From Trichinella spiralis (lineage: Eukaryota), in assembly GCF_000181795.1 (NCBI RefSeq), contig NW_003526941.1:8257714-8321713 (forward strand): a stretch of DNA of 64,000 nt. The letters run 5' to 3'. Within the stretch, counting starts at the first letter, position 1. Every line of letters begins with the position of its first letter. The notes beneath the pieces were generated by a model. The model did not search any database. It was given only the letters and a program-made list of their open reading frames with translations, and had not been told where the DNA came from. This document shows, one piece after another, positions 1 to 12,003 of the stretch. The position numbers and the translations under genes are program-made.

Positions 1-1117
1 TTGCGAGTAGGGTTTTTCCAATGTAAGAAGCGCGCGGATGCAGTGCTCAACCAGTTTGCGATCTTGCTATAAATATCATAAGACGCAAACGGACGTGGAG
101 GTGAGCGGTCAAGCGGCATACTCCGGAGCAGGCCGCTTACATTATTATGTCTACGCTGCGCACTGTTAACTTCTGTGGTTGAGATAACTGCATATTACAA
201 AATTTCATGACAACTGTTTAATTTTCCATAAATCTAAAAAATATTTTATTTTCGCAACTATTTTCTGTGGGTGCTATTTAAAATTATCCATGTAATTTTG
301 ATTAGAAGAAAAGCATTCATTAAATATAAATTATTGAATCACCTGGTACTTTCAAGCAACTAAATTACACAACATGCATAAATACGCAGTGATAGCATTT
401 CCGTTTATTTTTAGTAATTTGCGATGCTTCATGTTAATAAGTTTCCGTTTTAGGTAATTTTAGGGAAAAATTTGCATAACAATGCAATATTACGTAGTAA
501 TAGGAAGTGTGCAAATAAAAACGTAATAAATTTCATCGTCTCGTTTCATAATGTTGCTCATAATGTTTATTTTACTGCGCTATTACTGATGGAAAATTAG
601 GTCGTTCTTCCTGAGCAAAGTAAATAGTTATTTGCATAATTTACTTAGTATTATACATCTAATCAGAGAACTTCGATTACATTAGGTTATTCAGTTCAAT
701 GCAATGCTATCAATCTAGCACGTGGTCAACTATAATTCCGCTCTTCAACACCATCCATGAATAACTGGTAAGTTGGATTTGATATTTTGGTGGTGGTATG
801 CTATGCATGTTACTATACTTATATGGTGAATGGAAACTGACGGGTTTCTTTTCTGTTGTTGTTATTGCTAACTTTCAGGTACATCAGATGCTGAAGAAGA
901 AGAAGTATCTATTTCTGCTTTTATTTAGAGATGACTGCATTAATATAATTCACTTTTAGAATTTACATTAATTTATTTTCATATCAATGAATATAAAAAG
1001 TCCTATCATGAGAAGATGATGCCACTATGCATCATAATTATTTTCATCTGCTGTTGATTTGCAATCTTGTTCATTCCCGTGAAATTTCAATGAAAATGAT
1101 GGCCAACAAGCAGCTGC
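1..1117 (+). other. Near-identical copy of 2843-3967 ending at an N gap (probable assembly redundancy)
   Basis: Differences are concentrated as dropped bases in the first ~200 nt, like a degraded read end. The rest is essentially identical. Confidence 0.8.
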
Positions 1118-1236
1118 NNNNNNNNNNCATCCAGAATGCAAGTAGACAACTTTACTTCACGATACTTCTAACAGCGTATAGTGCAGTTTGGAATAGAAAA
1201 AGAAGTTGTGCTTGTTCAACAATTAATCTGAAAAGT

Positions 1237-3830
1237 ATTATCATCGTGCTAGTACAGCCTCATTTACGTAAGACACTATTTTATACTTCTTTAATTTACG
1301 CCATAATATTATTTATGATAGATAGTGGCTTGATCTGTAACGTATTCAGGATTTGGTTCTTGTTCAGCAATTATTATAATCTTTGGTGTTTGCTCATTAC
1401 ATTGTTATACGTTTTCAAAGCATACATGCATTTCTAGGTCAGAAGAGTAACTTTATGCTAATGTGATGGTAAACACTGCCGTGGCATTCTGCTACGTGCC
1501 CTTTGTGCTATTCAAATGCGGTAGCAATGTTCCTTATATAAATTTCTGTTTATTGAGAGAACTGCATTATAGTATAAATGTTCGCTGCTGAAGGGCGGTC
1601 TAATTACTTACTGCATTGCGTTATTTGGTCATTTCGATGCTTCACTGCAACCATTACGTTGTGATTGTTAGACTAAAAATATGAAGAAACCACGAACATC
1701 AGTTACAAAATGTATGACTCTACGTTTGCTTTATACGTCATTTCTGACAGGTCTGCTGACAGGTATGAATTTTCATGTATTTGCTATTTTTTATACAATA
1801 TTTCCTTTCATTCTCTTGGCACACTGCACTAAACATGCGCGCTTTTTAAGCTTTTCGTAGTTGTTTGATTTTAGTCTTTTTGAATGGAAACTACCGCGTT
1901 GTTCTTCAGTAATGATGTTCAATTAATATTCGAGACTTTATTACGCACAAGCCAATATATAATAGTGCTAATGGTATATTTTGCTATAATTGTCATTAGC
2001 CCTTACAAATCCATTTGTAAAGTAGTACTCTGACATAGCAGTTGAACCCCTCCCGCATTATCTTTACTGCCCCCTGTAATGTTTATTGCAAAAGTAACAT
2101 ACTTGCCCAGTTGTTTAAAGGAAATGTCTGTCACCGGGATACTGCAATCGCACAATTGCACCTCTAAATGCTTGTCACTGCTCAAATCGTGCATAAGATT
2201 GTTTCAGCATGACAGAGGAAAGCTGCTGTTAGCTATAGAACACACTTTTATACTACCATCTTTGATACTTTCAGAATGGCAGTAACGTTCCCTTCATTTT
2301 TGAAATGACCCCTTAAAGTTTCCATTATGTCATTGTACCGCCAATAGCACTGATTTATACAGATGCACGTATTTTCTGTCATTGAGAAAATAACTCAATG
2401 CCCATAAATGTTGTCAGTATTGATAAATGAAGCAACCCCTGAATATTATACGTGAAGATTGAGTGGAAGAACGCATATGACAACTTCCACCTCCTCCATC
2501 CTTCAACTTCTCCCTCATTCCTTCCTGCTATGCTGTCCCGCCATTCTTTCCTTTCTAATGATCTCCATCATTGAGCTCGTAATGATACTAAGCTGAACAG
2601 AGATCGCATTAAACTGAAAATTCTCCTCACCCCCCCCCCATATATTTCGAGCTGAATGAACCGTACTTAACTGTTGTCATCTCATAAAAATCTAATTTCT
2701 CATAATTGTTATCGACTAGCAATATAACCAAATCCAGGCTACTCGTGATTCTTTTGTTTTATTCTTTTCATAAAATGCAATACAGAATTGTCACCCGCAT
2801 AAGTTTCTTGAATTCATTGCAAATCGGTCAGTTACTGAATTTTTGCGATTAGGGTTTTTCTCACATTGTATGAAGCGCGCTGATGCAGTGCTCAACCAAG
2901 TTTGCAGTCTTGCTATAAATTATCATAAGACGCAAACGAACGTGGAGGTGAGCTGTCAAGCGGCATACCTCCTGGAGCAGCCGCTTACCATTATTATGTC
3001 TACGCTGCGCACTTGTTAACTTCTGTGGTGAGATAAACTGCATATTACAAAATTTCATGACAACTGTTTAATTTTCCATAAATCTAAAAAATATTTTATT
3101 TTCGCAACTATTTTCTGTGGGTGCTATTTAAAATTATCCATGTAATTTTGATTAGAAGAAAAGCATTCATTAAATATAAATTATTGAATCACCTTGTACT
3201 TTCAAGCAACTAAATTACACAACATGCATAAATACGCAGTGATAGCATTTCCGTTTATTTTTAGTAATTTGCGATGCTTCATGTTAATAAGTTTCCGTTT
3301 TAGGTAATTTTAGGGAAAAATTTGCATAACAATGCAATATTACGTAGTAATAGGAAGTGTGCAAATAAAAACGTAATAAATTTCATCGTCTCGTTTCATA
3401 ATGTTGCTCATAATGTTTATTTTACTGCGCTATTACTGATGGAAAATTAGGTCGTTCTTCCTGAGCAAAGTAAATAGTTATTTGCATAATTTACTTAGTA
3501 TTATACATCTAATCAGAGAACTTCGATTACATTAGGTTATTCAGTTCAATGCAATGCTATCAATCTAGCACGTGGTCAACTATAATTCCGCTCTTCAACA
3601 CCATCCATGAATAACTGGTAAGTTGGATTTGATATTTTGGTGGTGGTATGCTATGCATGTTACTATACTTATATGGTGAATGGAAACTGACGGGTTTCTT
3701 TTCTGTTGTTGTTATTGCTAACTTTCAGGTACATCAGATGCTGAAGAAGAAGAAGTATCTATTTCTGCTTTTATTTAGAGATGACTGCATTAATATAATT
3801 CACTTTTAGAATTTACATTAATTTATTTTC
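1237..3830 (+). repeat. Left arm of long inverted repeat (~2.6 kb)
   Basis: Reverse complement of ~8700-11265. For example, 2001 ccttacaaatccatttgtaaagtagtactctgac matches ~10470-10502, and 1246-1280 matches 11221-11255. Confidence 0.95.
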
Positions 3831-5449
3831 ATATCAATGAATATAAAAAGTCCTATCATGAGAAGATGATGCCACTATGCATCATAATTATTTTCATCTG
3901 CTGTTGATTTGCAATCTTGTTCATTCCCGTGAAATTTCAATGAAAATGATGGCCAACAAGCAGCTGCGCAAAATTATTATTTGCGAGATATTTCGATTGT
4001 AAGTTAGCAACGCCATCAGCAGCACGTCTGTTATTGTATTCCTACGTGCAACGTAATGTGTTTAATATTGTAGATTGGTTGCCTTTGATTTTAGTAAATT
4101 TGAAATTTGAATTTTACATTAGAAATTTATAAAATTTATTCCTTTTTCTTTTTCCTATTTATGAAATGGATGGGTAAAAAGAGTAGGTGTAGGTACAAGA
4201 GTGTAGGTAAAAAATATTCTGTTTATATGAATTACTTATTATAAAAATTATTATAAAAAGTGCCTTATTATAAAAAGTGATTGAAGCCGAATAACAGTGC
4301 ATCACGATGATATGATGATATGATATGATTTGCTGTGTTATTTAGTATCTGTTTTTTAGTTTCACTATTGCTCTGTTCATGTTTCTACCGTGATCCGTCA
4401 TGTGTCTCAACAGTTCCGCTTTCTGGTTTTCTTCATCGTCACAGTAAGAATGAATTTTATGCACTTTGTTATAGCAATGGGTTGTGTCAGTGCAGTGGAA
4501 CTATTTCTATAATCTTGAATAAGGATGAATAATGAATGAATGAATAATGGTGGTTTAGGTTTCCATAAATGGATTGAAAAGATGTATGTAAGATGTTAAA
4601 GATATATCGTGAATATAGTCGACTTGCGCTGGTTTTCGGATACACCACACAAGTCTGGTAGTGCGTGTTGCCATCAGTGCGTTTGGTGAGTATTTTTGTA
4701 GAGTACTATGTGAGTAGGTAAGTTTCAGTATTTTCTAAGTAGAGATTTTGTTTTTTATTGATGAGTGATAGCATTCACACAGCGGTGTTGCTTATCACAT
4801 GCTAAGAATGTTTAATTGAAAATTTCAGCGCATAACTGTTGAAGGTTGCATCATGAAGGACAAATGTTGTATGATTAGCAAGTAGCTTTTATGAAAATTT
4901 GTATACTTAGTAATTAAGGAACAACGATGCACTGTTATTTGTCTTCAATTAATTTTTTATAATATGGCTGTTTTATATCAATTTTGTTTAACATGCTTTA
5001 CTTTTCAGCACACTTGTTTTGCAAATATTTTCAGAATCATTACGTTTAGATATAGATGAATGAAATTGCTGCATTCTTTGGTAACTATCCGTTATTGAAC
5101 ATGTGGTGTTTTTACAAAGATTCGTAATCACGTCGATAAATACGTCATCACCAAGCAATACCACCAGTTATTGCCGCTCTGTTTGGCGACGTATGTTTTT
5201 ACGTTTTTTACTTTTATATACTATGAAAGTTTTAAACTAAATTTTGTTGTTTTAGTTTTTCAGGTTTTAATTTTGCTTTTCATAATTTTTTTAATTGCTT
5301 TTTATAATTATAATTTTTATTGTTTGGTACTAGTGTTTTCAAGATTTATTTAATTCATTTTAGTTCTGGTTTCAGAGAGTCAGTTAAAGGCAACATGGCT
5401 AAGTAAATAGCGTAATGTGTAAATCTAAGTCTAAAAAGACAAGGAAGCT

Positions 5450-5720
5450 ATGGGTAAGTATGAAGATAAGGTAAGTAGTCTAATAGTTAAGGGTGTCAGG
5501 TAAGAATAGGTGTGAAGGTAAGTATAAACGTGAAGGTGAGTACTGCATAGGTAAAGGCAGTTAGTGTGTAGTGTGAAGGTAAATATTGTATAGGGTGACG
5601 GCAAGTATAAGTGTGAAGGTAAGTAGTGTTTTTGGTGAAGGTAAGTATAATGCAAAGGTAAGTAGAGTATGGGTGAAGGTAAGTAATGTGAAGGTAGGTA
5701 TAAGTGGAAAGGTAAGTAAT
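5450..5720 (+). repeat. G-rich array of AGGTAAGTA-like motifs
   Basis: At least 8 GGTAAG(T) copies plus variants (GGTGAGT, GGTAGGT) spaced ~15-40 bp apart. Confidence 0.85.
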
Positions 5721-5814
5721 GTTAAAGATGGGGTGATTAGGGTGAAGTATGGTGAATGTACATGTGAATATAGAAATTACAAAATTTAAAAAGCCTAGGG
5801 CGATTTATTTAATA

Positions 5815-6335
5815 AAATATGCAAATTTTTAATAGCCTATGGGTAATATGCAAATTTTTATTTGCCCTGAGGCTACGCCCTAGGCTATGCCTCAGGCAAA
5901 ATTCTGAAAATTTCGAATTTTTTAAAATATAGCCCCAGGCTTTACCCTCAGGCTATGCCCCAGGGCAAATAAAAATTTGCATATGCCCTAAGGCTATCCC
6001 CCAGGCAATTTATAGCACAATATTTGCCCTCAGGGAGGTTTTATGCAAATTTTTAATCGCCTCAGGGTGATATGCAAATTTTATTTGCCCTCAGGCTACG
6101 CCTGGGGCTATGCCTCAGGCAATTTTTTGAAAATTTTGAAATTTTTTGAATTTAGCCCCAGGCGTCGCCTCAGGCTATGCCCCAGGGCAAATAAAAATTT
6201 GCATATTCCCGCAGGCTACGCCCAAAGCATTTTATTGCACAATATTTGCCTTCAGGGGGATATGCAAATTTTCTTTTGCTTTCAGGCTATGCCCACGGCA
6301 TTCCCTCAGGTATTTTTTTCAAAAATTTGCATAAT
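5815..6335. repeat. ~2.3 tandem copies of a 224-bp internally palindromic unit
   Basis: ATGCAAAT at 5819/6043 and 5848/6072 gives a period of 224. There is a perfect 24-bp inverted repeat at 5846-5869 / 5961-5984 and a 12-bp sub-period GCCNNNGGC-TAY. Confidence 0.9.
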
Positions 6336-6404
6336 TTAGCACCCGGCTCTTTACTTCTGCAATTCGATACATGTCCTACAATTTCCACTCAGCGTAGAGT
6401 AACG

Positions 6405-6680
6405 CATCATACTTACCTTTACCTCTATGCTATCGAACTTCAATCCACTTTACTCTACGATATCATTATTCTTTATACTTACCTGCACAACTTACCTTTT
6501 CATTTTACTCACCTGCATCTTACTTTACTGCACAACTTACCTTTTCATTTTACTCACCTGCACCCTGCATTATCGTACTTACCTTCAGTACTTACCTGCA
6601 ATCCATTTACCTGTACGCACTTTAATATACCCGCTTCGATTCTACTTACCTGCATTACTTTATCCACTTACTTTGATGCT
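6405..6680 (-). repeat. C-rich array of TACTTACCT motifs (mirror of 5450-5720)
   Basis: About 10 ACTTACC/ACTCACC copies, including a 45-bp-period direct repeat (6483 vs 6528). Confidence 0.85.
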
Positions 6681-7109
6681 ACAGCTCTCTACTGCTCTTA
6701 GTGAAGAATTTAATATAAACATGCCATGATTCTAAAATTCATAGTTGAATATAGTTATATACCATATTACAGCCATATTACAGAAAGTAATTGAAGACGA
6801 ATAACAGCAGAATAAATAACGACGTCATTCGATAGAGATCATTCAAGATGCGGCGTCTTCACAGTCACGCACTAAAACTTTAAATACAAAACAGTTTTAC
6901 TACAAAAATAATGCAATTCTTCCTTACCTTGCGTGACAAGGAAAAACATCAGAACCGTAAAAAACGCAATTTGTGAGTGCCATCGGCTGCAACTAAACAA
7001 AGTTTCTGATGACGTAATCCATTGCTATCAAGAACAAAATGCTGGGATACCTGTTCTATTTATTTAACATATTTCATTGCTGTCATAATATGAAATTCCA
7101 TCTTACTAT

Positions 7110-8260
7110 TAGTGATAAGTAAAGGCACACTGGGACGGGTAGAAAACGCCATTGAAACGCCAAGTGAACACTGGTTGGCATCAGTACGGGCTTCATGAGA
7201 CGACATAATCCACAGCTATTATAAACAAAAACTACTTACTAATTTGTCATATCACATCGGAAACGCACTCACGAAAGATCTATCCGGGCACCAGCGCTAC
7301 TCGACTGTCTCAACGTAATCTGCTAGAATTACAATCATTTCCTTCTTACTCTTTTGATAAGTGAAACCACACTAGTACCAATGATGAACGTCACTGCGTC
7401 AACTTCAACTCAGAGGGTCATCAGAAGATACATCGAATTCGCTTGATGTTAATGTAATGCTGTCATGGATAAATTGTGCACACTTTACGTATCCAACTGC
7501 AATCAGGAGCAAGTTAAATACTTACGAATGTTTGTGATGCCACATCTAGAACAAACTGATGTGAGCATGACCAAACACGGTGTCCAGAGCGAAAGAAAGT
7601 TGAAAACAGTTCAGCTAATGATGTTATCTTTCATCATGGATGTTATCTAATTCAATCCATGTAACACTCGCATCTTAAAGCTAATTAATCAAATTCAATA
7701 CTTACTGATAAACGATACTATTTGTGATAAGCAAAGGCACACTGGGACGGCTACGAAACGCTTTTATGTCCATGTGAACAAGGGTTGCCAACGGTACAAG
7801 CTTCATGGGATGACGTAATCCATAGCTATTATGAACAAAAGCTACTCACTAATTTTTGTCATATCACATTCGAAACGCACTGACAGCAACAAGCACCAAT
7901 ACATTGTCAGAATTTGTACGAACGCTGCTCGACTGACTCGGCAAAATCTGCTACAATTACAATCAATTCCTTCTTACTCTTGCGATAAGTGAAACCACAC
8001 TAGGACAACTGGGAAACGTCACTGCACCAATTTCAACTAACTCAGAGCGCCATCAGAAATATCGTATTCGCTTGACGTCAATGTAATGCTGTCATGGATA
8101 AAATGTGTACACTGTATGATGCAACTGCAATCAGGAGCAAATTCAATACTTACGGATGCCACATTTAGAACGAAATGATCTCAACATGACTTATCAAGGT
8201 GCCCAGAACAAATAAAACTCCGTAAAAGCTCAGGTGATGACAATCTGTAATTATAGATCT
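7110..8260 (+). repeat. Diverged tandem duplication, two ~600-bp units
   Basis: 7112 gtgataagtaaaggcacactgggacgg vs 7724 gtgataagcaaaggcacactgggacgg. Shared aatgtaatgctgtcatggataaa at 7451 and 8080. Confidence 0.9.
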
Positions 8261-8699
8261 TACCAAATTCTACATATATCTGTTACGCCCATCGTCTTGC
8301 TATCTAATGAAACAAAGTCAATACTTACTGTTTTTTGTCATACGTTTTTTGAACGCTGTCAGCAACTTCAACAACCACCGTTCAACAACTTTTACCCGTC
8401 TTTACTGATAATAGATTGCATCAGGGCATTTTCAAAATGTAGCAAGGCAAATGTAATTTTCAATTCTTTAAAGAATTGAATCTATGATATCATATGCATC
8501 AAATCTATGATATCATATACATGATAATTTAACGTTAGTGCTGCAGTTAAAATGAAAGCAATATGGCGCTAGTGGCACTGCAACTATCAATCTAAATTTA
8601 AAAGAAAAATTCAAGTAAAAAGCAAGGCATATTCATCATGATGCATAGTTACCATATTCCGTTTTCAGAATTTGGTTGTTTCATATTCATGGTATGAAT

Positions 8700-11265
8700 A
8701 TAAAATAATGTAAATTCTAAAAGTGAATTATATTAATACAGTCATGTAAAAATAAAAAACAGAAATAGATACGTCTTCGTCTTCAGGATCTGATGAATCT
8801 AAAACTAAGCAATAATAACACTAGAAAGATAACCGCCAGTTTCCATTAACCATATATGCAAAGTAACATGCATAGCATACCACCACCAAAATATCAAATC
8901 TAACTTACCAGTTATTCATGGATGGTGTTGAAGAGCGGAATTATAGTTGACCACGTGCTAGATTGATAGCATTGCAGTGAACTGCATAACCTAATAAAAT
9001 CGATGTGCTTGGTCAATTGTATAATAAGAAAATTATGCAAATGACTATTTACTTTGCTTCACGAAGAACAACCTAATTTTTCATCAGTAAATAGCGCAGT
9101 AAAATGAACGTTATGAACAACATTATGAAACGAGACGATGAAATTTATTACGTTTCTATTTACACACTTCATATTACTACGTAATATGGCACTGTTATGC
9201 AAATTTTTCCCTAAAATTACCTAAAACGTAAACTTATTAACATGAAGCATCGCAAATTACTAAAAATAAACGGAAATGCTATCACTGCGTATTTATGCAT
9301 GTTGTGTAATTTAGTTGCTCGAAAGAACAAGGTGATTCAATAATTTATATTTAATGAATGCTTTTCTTCTAATCAAAATTATATGGATAATTTTAAATAG
9401 CACCCACAGAAAATAGTTGCGAAAATAAAATATTTTTTAGATTTATGGAAAATTAAACAGTTGTCATGAAATTTTGTAATATGCAGTTTATCTCACCACA
9501 GAAGTTAACAAGTGCGCAGCGTAGACATAATGATGGTAAGCGGCTGCACCAGGGGGTATGCCGCTTGACAGCTCACCTCCACGTTCGTTTGCGCCTTATG
9601 ATAATTTATAGCAAGACTGCAAACTTGGTTGAGCACTGCATCAGCGCCCTTCATACAATGAGATAAACCTACCTGCAGAAATTAAGTTACTCAAAGATTT
9701 GCAATGAATTCAAGAAACTTATGCGGGTGACAATTCTGTATTGCATTTCATGAAGAGAATAAAACAAAAGAATCACGAGTAGCCTGGATTTGGGTATATT
9801 GCTAGTCGATAACAATTATGAGGAATTAAATTTATATGAGATGAAAACAGCTAAGTGCTGTTCATTCAGCTCGAAATAGGGGTTGGACAGAATTTTCATT
9901 TTAATGCGATCTCTGTTCAGCTTAGTATTATTACTAGCTCAATGATGGGGATCATTAGACAGGAAAGGAGGGCGGGACAGCATAGCAAGAAGGAATGAGG
10001 GAGAAGTTGAAGGATGGAGGAGGTGGAAGTTGTCGTATGCGTTCTTCCACTCAATCTTCACGTATAATATTCAGGGGTTGCTTCATTTATCAATACTGAC
10101 AACACTGATTGGCATTGAGTTATTTTCTCAATGACATTAAAATAGGTGCATCTGTATAAGTCAGTGGTATTGGTGGTACAATGACATAATAGAAACTTTA
10201 AGGAGTCATTTCAAAAATAAAGGATACGTTACTGCCATTCTTAAAGTATCAAAGGTGGTAATATAAAAGTGTGTTCTCTAGCTAACAGCAGCTTTCCTAT
10301 GTCATGCTGAAACAGTCTTGTGCACGATTTGAGCAGTGACAAGCATTTAGGGGTGCGATTGTGCGACTGCACACGACATTTCGTTTAAACAATTGGGCAA
10401 GTATGTTACCTTAGCAATAAACATTACAATGGGCAGTAAATATAATGCGGGAGGGGTTCAACTGCTATGTCAGAGTACTACTTTACAAATGGATTTGTAA
10501 GGACTATTGAAAATTATAACAAAATATACCATTAGTACTATTATATAATGGCTTGGCCGTAATAAAATCTCAAATATTAATTGAACATCATTACTGAAGA
10601 ACAACGCGCTATTTTCCATTCAAAAAAACTGAAATCTACTACATAAAGCTTAAAAAGTGCGCATGTTTAGTGCAGTGTGCCAAGAGAATGAAAGGAAATA
10701 TTGTATAAAAAATAGCAAATACATGAAAATTCATACCTGTCAGCAGACCTGTCAGAAATGACGTATAAAGCAAACGTAGAGTCATACATTTTGTAACTGA
10801 TGTTCGTGGTTTCTTCATATTTTTAGTCTAACAATCACAACGTAATTGTTGCAGTGAAGCATCGAAATGACCAAATAACGCAATGCAGTAAGTAATTAGA
10901 CCGCCCTTCAGCAGCGAACATTTATACTATAATGCAGTTCTCTCAATAAACAGAAATTTATATAATGAACATTGCTACCGCATTTGAATAGCACAAAGGG
11001 CACGTAGCAGAATGCCAACGGCAGTGTTTACCATCACATTAGCATAAAGTTACTCTTCTGACCTAGAAATGCATGTATGCTTTGAAAACGTATAACAATG
11101 TAATGAGCAAACACCAAAGATTATAATAATTGCTGAACAAGAACAAAATCCTGAATACGTTACAGATCAAAGCCACTATCTATCATAAATAATATTATGG
11201 CGTAAATTAAAGAAGTATAAAATAGTGTCTTACGTAAATGGGGCTGCACTGGCACGATAATAATA
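8700..11265 (-). repeat. Right arm of long inverted repeat
   Basis: Colinear reverse complement of 1237-3830. The small ORF MKFCNMQFISPQKLTSAQRR appears on opposite strands at 2861-3058 and 9466-9666. Confidence 0.95.
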
Positions 11266-11952
11266 TGTCGTAATATTCAGAAAAATTCATTCATTAATTT
11301 AAAGGAACTGATTGTTTAATGAACATTTCAATCAGACTTTGATCAACCACTTTGAAAAGAAGAGAAATGAATGCCTACAACAGAAGAATGGTAAAACATA
11401 ATATTTACTTAAAACACAAGCATAATGAATTGATAATTTAATATAATGCACATGCTGGGTTGAAGTACTAAAAATTGTGTATCACGGTTGTCATTTTAAA
11501 AAGTGTGGAACCGGCAACATTGTTATCTTATATGCATGGACAAAATACAGAATCTAATTATTAAAAATTTTTAGATTTTGCCCCCTCAAACTTTACATCG
11601 TGCACTAATTCACATTCATTTACTGATTCCAATAAAAAATATTCTGCGACCGTTTGAAAAAACATCATCAATTTTTCAAAAATAGCAAAAGTTGCTGCAA
11701 CTGAAAATTCAGATATCGAAGAAGGATCATTTTTGTAGAATTCACTTGACTGAATTAAATTTACTGAACATGGTGAGACCTGACGGCACAATTCCTCCTA
11801 GTGAGCTTGTCAAAGAGTAAGGAAGCCTGCCTGCTCAAAGAGTAAGGTAGAGTTTGCACTCTCCCTTGTCTAAGGAAAGGGAGCTTCACGCTCCAGGATG
11901 GGGCCCATTTTTGGTCTCTCCATCCTCCACCTGCTTTAAATATTTCAAGTCG

Positions 11953-12003
11953 CACTCCAGGCATGTTTGCCATTTCGCAGAACTCATTTATGCCAGCCTT
12001 TAT
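11953..12003 (-). mobile_element. Possible PIF/Harbinger transposase (HARBI1-like) remnant
   Basis: IKAGINEFCEMANMPGV resembles the HARBI1 segment IQALKDEFYGLAGMPGV. The following GxxDxxH catalytic motif is absent. Confidence 0.35.

Noticed and set aside
5815..6335. CRISPR-like spaced palindromic repeats
   Set aside because: Eukaryotic context, the spacers are themselves repeated, and there are no cas genes.
6475..6485. ATACTTACCTG, identical to a U1 snRNA 5' end (similar at 12421)
   Set aside because: No U1 stem-loops or Sm site follow. It is simply a minus-strand donor-like motif.
5431..6729. ORFs over the central repeats (YAxG- and LT-rich)
   Set aside because: Translations of low-complexity repeats that are open in several frames.
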